A program made the position numbers and the translations under genes. A stretch of 64,000 nt of DNA, taken from positions 239,766-303,765 of the forward strand of contig PFBV01000003.1 in assembly GCA_002778465.1 (NCBI GenBank), written 5' to 3'. The first letter of the stretch is position 1. Each line of letters begins with the position of its first letter. The DNA comes from Candidatus Magasanikbacteria bacterium CG10_big_fil_rev_8_21_14_0_10_36_32 (GTDB lineage: Bacteria; Patescibacteriota; Patescibacteriia; Magasanikbacterales; GWA2-37-8). Shown piece after piece: positions 58,731-64,000 of the stretch. The notes under the pieces are model-generated. The model had not been told where the DNA came from. It saw only the letters and a program-made list of their open reading frames with translations, and searched no databases.

Positions 58731-61403
58731 ATGAAACGACTTATAATTATAGACGGCAATGCGATTATTCATCGTGCTTATCATGCTTTGCCGCCAATGA
58801 CCACAAAAACAGGACAGCCAGTTAATGCGGTTTACGGATTTGCTTCTATGTTGTTGAAAGTTTGGCAAGATTTAAAACCCGAATATATCGCGGTGACTTT
58901 TGATATGGCTGGTCCGACTTTTCGTCATAAACAATTTGAAAAATATAAAGCCACTCGTGTAAAAGCTGATCAAGAACTTTATGATCAAATTCCGTTAGTT
59001 CATAATTTGGTCAGTGCTTTTAATATTCCCATTTATGAAAAGCAAGGTTATGAAGCAGATGATGTAATTGGAACAATCGCGAAAAAAATTAAAAAAAATA
59101 AAGATTTGGAAATAATGATTGTTACCGGAGATAAGGATACATTACAGTTGATTGATAAGAATGTAAAAGTTTTTACTTTACGCAAAGGGATGAGTGATAC
59201 GGTTATTTACGATTTGGCTGAATTGAAAAAAATTTTTAATTTTACACCGGAGCAAACAATTGATTTTAAAGCATTGCGTGGAGATGCATCAGACAATATT
59301 CCCGGAGTGGTCGGTGTTGGTGAAAAAACTGCCACTGAGTTAATAGAAAAATTTGGAAATTTGGAAAATATTTATAAAACAGTAAAAAACAAACAAAAAG
59401 TTGAAAATATTGATATTAAGCCCAGCATATTAAAAAAACTTATTGAAGGCGAAGAAAATGCTAAGATGAGCTATGAATTGGCGACCATTGATCAAAATGT
59501 TCCGGGGGTTGATTTTGAGTTGGAAAATTGTTTAGCCAAAGATTTTGATCGCGAAAAAGTAATTAAGCTTTTTCAAGATTTGGAATTTGTGTCATTGGTG
59601 AAAAGATTGCCGGGTGGTGAAAAAAATAAATCAGATAAAAAAAATATTAAACCAGCTAACATTGAAAAATTTGATTTTTTAGAAATTAATAATAAAAATG
59701 AAGCGGAAAAAATTACTAAATTAATTCAAGAGTCGGGCGAGTTTGCTTGTCAGGCGGTTTTTGAAGGAGATGACGTTTTTGCGGGAATTTTTTCAGGGTT
59801 GTTGATTGTTGTTGGTGGTAAAAGTTTTTATTTAAAAAAGTTTTTTGATAAAAAATGGTTTCAAGATGAAAAAATTGAGATGGTTGGGCATAATTTAAAA
59901 AAGACGCTTAAAATTTTATCAGTTCACGAAAAGATAGAAGTTAAAAACAGTTTATTTGATTTAATGTTGGCTTCTTATATTTTAAATCCAGGAAGTCGGG
60001 CACATGATGCGAGTAGTGTCGTTTTAAAATGTTTAGGAAAAGAATTAAAAAATACCAGCGGACAAAATAGTTTGTTTGGTTTTGATGCTAAGACTGCGGC
60101 TTATGAATTATTTTTGCTGGCGGCGACAAAAAATAAATTAAAAATAGAGTTGGAAAATGTTAATAATTATGATTTATTGAAAAAAATAGAAATCCCATTA
60201 TTAAAAATTTTAGCTGGCATGGAATTAAGCGGTGTGGCAGTTGACTTAAAAATGTTAAAAGAACTTTCTGTCGGTTTGGCAGAAAAAATCAAAAAAATTT
60301 CTAAAACAATTTATGATATGGCCGGCATGGAATTTAATATTTCTTCTCCCAATCAGTTAAGGGAAGTTTTGTTTGAAGAAATGGAAATTCCGGTGTTTGG
60401 CATAAAAAAAGGAAAAACTGGCTTATCAACCGCCGCCGCTGAATTGGAAAAAATGCGCGGCTTACATCCGATTATTGAAGAAATTGAAAATTATCGAGAA
60501 TTAACGAAATTACAAAATACTTATGTTGATGTTTTGCCGACTTTAATTAATAAAAAGACAGGACGTGTCCACACCACTTATAATCAGGCTATTACTGCTA
60601 CAGGACGTTTATCCAGCTCAGAACCAAATTTACAAAATATTCCAATTCGTACCGAATTAGGAAGGGAAATAAGAAAAACAATAGTGGCAGAACCGGGGAA
60701 TGTTTTGTTGAGCGCCGATTATTCGCAAATCGAATTACGCATTGTCGCCTCTTTGTCTGATGATAAAAAAATGATAGAAATTTTTAATCATGGTGAAGAT
60801 ATTCACCGAGCCACAGCCGCCATTATTAACGGTGTGTCGTTGGATAAAGTAACCAAAGAAATGCGCCGAGCAGCCAAAGAAGTTAATTTCGGTGTTTTAT
60901 ATGGAATGGGCGCCTATGGATTAAGCTGGCGAACAGATTTAACTGCTGGTGCGGCCAAACAATTTATAGATAAATATTTTGAAAAATTCAGCGGTATTAA
61001 AAAATATCTTGAAGAAACTATTTCTTCCGCAAAGCAAATTGGTTATTGTGAAACATTGTTTGGTCGGCGGCGTTATATTCCTGAATTAAATGTCGCCAAT
61101 TATCAATTGCGCAGTGCCGCTGAACGAATGGCTGTTAATCATCCTGTACAAGGCACGGCTGCTGATTTGATAAAAATGGCTATGATATCGGTTGATAACA
61201 AAATTAAATCGCAAAGTCTTTTTAATGACGGTCAAGTTAAAATGATTTTACAAGCTCATGATGAGTTGGTATTTGAGGTAAAAAAAGATTTAGCTGAAAA
61301 ATTGGGCAAAATAGTTAAAGAAGAAATGGAAACAGTGGTGACGTTGCGCGTGCCGATTGAAGTAGATATTAATATTGGAAATAATTGGGGAGAAATGAAA
61401 TAA
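58731..61403 (+). CDS. polA: DNA polymerase I
   Basis: 5' nuclease EADD/GD.SDNIPG, TGRLSS..PNLQNIP, DYSQIELR, HDEL. Confidence 0.98.
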   Translation: MKRLIIIDGNAIIHRAYHALPPMTTKTGQPVNAVYGFASMLLKVWQDLKPEYIAVTFDMAGPTFRHKQFEKYKATRVKADQELYDQIPLVHNLVSAFNIPIYEKQGYEADDVIGTIAKKIKKNKDLEIMIVTGDKDTLQLIDKNVKVFTLRKGMSDTVIYDLAELKKIFNFTPEQTIDFKALRGDASDNIPGVVGVGEKTATELIEKFGNLENIYKTVKNKQKVENIDIKPSILKKLIEGEENAKMSYELATIDQNVPGVDFELENCLAKDFDREKVIKLFQDLEFVSLVKRLPGGEKNKSDKKNIKPANIEKFDFLEINNKNEAEKITKLIQESGEFACQAVFEGDDVFAGIFSGLLIVVGGKSFYLKKFFDKKWFQDEKIEMVGHNLKKTLKILSVHEKIEVKNSLFDLMLASYILNPGSRAHDASSVVLKCLGKELKNTSGQNSLFGFDAKTAAYELFLLAATKNKLKIELENVNNYDLLKKIEIPLLKILAGMELSGVAVDLKMLKELSVGLAEKIKKISKTIYDMAGMEFNISSPNQLREVLFEEMEIPVFGIKKGKTGLSTAAAELEKMRGLHPIIEEIENYRELTKLQNTYVDVLPTLINKKTGRVHTTYNQAITATGRLSSSEPNLQNIPIRTELGREIRKTIVAEPGNVLLSADYSQIELRIVASLSDDKKMIEIFNHGEDIHRATAAIINGVSLDKVTKEMRRAAKEVNFGVLYGMGAYGLSWRTDLTAGAAKQFIDKYFEKFSGIKKYLEETISSAKQIGYCETLFGRRRYIPELNVANYQLRSAAERMAVNHPVQGTAADLIKMAMISVDNKIKSQSLFNDGQVKMILQAHDELVFEVKKDLAEKLGKIVKEEMETVVTLRVPIEVDINIGNNWGEMK

Positions 61404-61463
61404 TAAAAAAGTAAAAAAGAAAAAAATCCCCAGTTGGGGATTTTTTGATTGGAAAGAACAAAA

Positions 61464-61991
61464 TTAACTGTTGCAGTCGATATACTCGGACAGCAACAAC
61501 ATCAAGTTGTTTGGTTGCCACGAGAGAGGCAAAGGTTTGTTGATATCTTCAAGGCGAATTTCTATTTGCACAACGACGTAAAGTTTGTTGTTCCAAGTAA
61601 TTTTCATACCCGGTTTTGGAATCTGACCATGAAGCTGTTGATAAGCAGTTTTTTCGTTTTGGTCGTTTCCCAAATTTGTCGGCCGACGATATCTTTCCAG
61701 TTGCAGTTTCAATTTGTTGCAGGCTTGTAGCCACATGAATTTGGAATAGAATTCTTGGTAAACAGGATTAAAATCTAAATCCTTGGCTATTTGGCGTGAC
61801 AGCCAAACGATGGCTGATTGCGGAACCTTTGGACGGATTTTTATTTTAGAAAAACACGACGGAAACATGACGGCCAATTTTGACAAAACAGCTTCTTCTT
61901 GGCAAAGCGAAATAACAATGCGCATACCCGTGTCTTGAAGTTGGCAAATTTCCGGCCAGTTTTTGTGCGGCACAGATCTTTTGATGTCCAT
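61464..61991 (-). CDS. hypothetical protein (175 aa), stand-alone unit
   Basis: TTGACA 62087-62082, CGTTCTTT, GGGAG; TGTTCTTT after stop. Confidence 0.75.
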   Translation of the reverse strand: MDIKRSVPHKNWPEICQLQDTGMRIVISLCQEEAVLSKLAVMFPSCFSKIKIRPKVPQSAIVWLSRQIAKDLDFNPVYQEFYSKFMWLQACNKLKLQLERYRRPTNLGNDQNEKTAYQQLHGQIPKPGMKITWNNKLYVVVQIEIRLEDINKPLPLSWQPNNLMLLLSEYIDCNS

Positions 61992-62207
61992 TGTTTCTCC
62001 CGGTTGTGAGTCTTTTCCAACGATATTTTTTAAAGAACGGCATCATTTAGTGTTTAGACACTATATCACAGTTTAAACAATTGTCAATATTTGATTTGCC
62101 GAAGAAGGAAAAACATATTACAATGGATTTGTCTGATATTGAAAAATAGAGAACACCGAACAGATATCAGTTTAGTTAATATATTTGTATTACCATAAGA
62201 TTCGTTT

Positions 62208-63182
62208 ATGATAATTTATATTTTTGGCGAAGATACTTTTTTAAGCCGGCAATTTTTAAAAGAACAAGTGATGAAATTTAAAAAAACTCGTGATCCGCAA
62301 GGATTTAACACGATTTTTTTGAATGGTCTCAAAGAAAATGAAGATAAGATCATTGGAGAAATTGTGGCGTTTCCTTTTTTGTCTGAACGACGGATGATCG
62401 TGATTGAAAATTTATTGAGTTCAAATGATAAAGATTTATTAAATAGGATTATTGATTTGATTAAAAATAATAAAATACCAGAAAGCAATGTGGTTATGTT
62501 TTGGCAAGGTGAAAGTTTTGGTAAAACTAATGAGATTAAAGAGTTGGCAAAATTATTACAAAATAAAAAGCATGTTTATAATTTTTATGAATTTAAATAT
62601 TTTTTGCCAAGCGAATTGCGTAGTTGGATAATAAAAGAAGTTAAAGCGCGAGGTGGGATAATTGAGCATTCGGCCGCAAGTTATCTTGGTGAAAACATTA
62701 ATCAGGATATGTGGTTGCTCAACTCATTAATTGATCAATTGATTGCTTTTAAAAATGATAATGAAATAAAGTTGTCCGACGTGCGTCTTTTTTTAGATGA
62801 AAAAGTTGTTGATAATATTTTTCAGGCGGTTGAATCAATCGTGTCAGGTGATAAAAAAACAGCCTTTAAACTTTTAAATGAGCAGCGCCGTTTAGGGCAA
62901 TCCGATACTTATTTATTTGGAATGATTTTACGTCAGTTTAGAATCTTGTTGCAATTACGAGATTTATGGGAACGGGAAGATCAAACGACCAGCGATAGTA
63001 TGGCAAAACTTTTAGGTTTACATCCGTTTGTTGTCAAAAAAAGTTTGCCATTGGTTAAGCGTTATTCAATGATACAATTAAAAAATTATTACACAGAATT
63101 GTTTGAAGTTGATATTAAAACAAAAACAGGTTTAGCTGCGCAGGATATTTTGATTGATTGTTTTGTGGGGAAGATAAAATAA
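62208..63182 (+). CDS. holA: DNA polymerase III delta subunit
   Basis: IYIFGED, PFLSERR, LHPFVVKK, DIKTKTG; near rpsT. Confidence 0.92.
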   Translation: MIIYIFGEDTFLSRQFLKEQVMKFKKTRDPQGFNTIFLNGLKENEDKIIGEIVAFPFLSERRMIVIENLLSSNDKDLLNRIIDLIKNNKIPESNVVMFWQGESFGKTNEIKELAKLLQNKKHVYNFYEFKYFLPSELRSWIIKEVKARGGIIEHSAASYLGENINQDMWLLNSLIDQLIAFKNDNEIKLSDVRLFLDEKVVDNIFQAVESIVSGDKKTAFKLLNEQRRLGQSDTYLFGMILRQFRILLQLRDLWEREDQTTSDSMAKLLGLHPFVVKKSLPLVKRYSMIQLKNYYTELFEVDIKTKTGLAAQDILIDCFVGKIK

Positions 63183-63234
63183 ATTTTAAAATAAAAAAAT
63201 CCCTGTTTAAACGGGGATTTTAATTTTTAAAAGG

Positions 63235-63459
63235 TTACTTTTTGACGTAAGGGTTTTCCCAGTTGCCATTGGAATTGGTGTTGCTTTTTACTCCGCGATC
63301 GAAAAATTCTTCTGCTGGCGGTCTGGGACCAGGAAAGTTGCACAAACATCCGAAAGCGCCACATTTGAGACAGATGATTGGGACGCAACCCTCTTCGTAA
63401 CCATCTTGGCGAAAAACCCAATCATGTTCACAATCAGATTTGCCATACCTTACGCTCAT
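63235..63459 (-). CDS. small Cys-rich zinc-binding protein, stand-alone unit
   Basis: CEH...C..C...GC.C; TTGACA 63524-63519, GGTTCTTT, AGGAG, ATG 63459. Confidence 0.75.
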   Translation of the reverse strand: MSVRYGKSDCEHDWVFRQDGYEEGCVPIICLKCGAFGCLCNFPGPRPPAEEFFDRGVKSNTNSNGNWENPYVKK

Positions 63460-63588
63460 TTTTTCTCCTTTTTTATTTAAAGAACCCCGCAAAGAAATTT
63501 AACAAAATAATTATGAATTGTCAAGTTGGTTTGGTTAGTTAGAAATTAAAAACAAAAAAACAGGCCTTATGACCTGTTTTTAATTATT

Positions 63589-63846
63589 TTACTTTTTTTT
63601 CGCATGGATTTTTTTCATCAATCGGGAAAGTTTTCTGGCAGCTGTATTTTTTTTGATTACACCTGTTTTAGCGGCTTTATCTAAAGCTTTTTGCGCTTCA
63701 CGCGCGTATTCCGCGGCTTTTTTAGCATCCTCGGCTTTATTAGCTTTTTTTATTGCTTCGCGAAAATTTTTTTTACGCGCTAAATTTTGCGCGGCGCGTT
63801 TTATGTTTTGTCGCAGAGCCTTTTTGGCATTCGGTTTATTAGGCAT
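63589..63846 (-). CDS. rpsT: 30S ribosomal protein S20
   Basis: MPN...AKKALRQ, DKAAKTGVIKKNTAARK.SRL. Confidence 0.97.
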   Translation of the reverse strand: MPNKPNAKKALRQNIKRAAQNLARKKNFREAIKKANKAEDAKKAAEYAREAQKALDKAAKTGVIKKNTAARKLSRLMKKIHAKKK

Positions 63847-64000
63847 AGTATTTTTAAATTAATCAAAACTGTTTTAATGTGAGAGTGCGACTATAATAAC
63901 ACAACTGTATTTTTAAGTCAATATATCCACACACTCGAGACTAAAAAGATAAATTTAACGGTATTTTTTTAAATTGACTTTAAGATTTTTTGGACCGAAA

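Noticed and set aside
1565-63524. Prophage or IS origin for the accessory units
   Set aside because: No structural, integrase or transposase genes and no terminal inverted repeats; the units are single and scattered among core genes.

Overview
AT-rich bacterial chromosome segment that spans the replication origin (dnaN-oriC-dnaA-rpmH-rnpA-yidD). Gene content and style suggest a Patescibacteria/CPR (Parcubacteria-like) genome; this assignment is inference. The housekeeping backbone includes ruvC, yebC, rpoB/C, ftsK, recA, comM, PBP1A, nfo, tig, hppA, polA, holA, rpsT and six tRNAs. Three things stand out. (1) About 14 stand-alone accessory genes sit between housekeeping genes in a stereotyped unit: sigma70 promoter (TTGACA...TGnTAnnnT), GYTCTTT boxA-like motif, strong Shine-Dalgarno, ORF, often a second GYTCTTT just after the stop, then an intrinsic terminator. 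The housekeeping starts inspected carry no SD. (2) An integron-like cassette carrying a prenyltransferase-fold gene is inserted at a G|TT crossover in an attC-like site and has extra inverted repeats around the gene; a related site ends at the window start. (3) A promoter- and terminator-bounded ~310 nt structured non-coding unit at 35.4-35.7 kb. All calls were made by eye from the sequence and the ORF track, without database searches.
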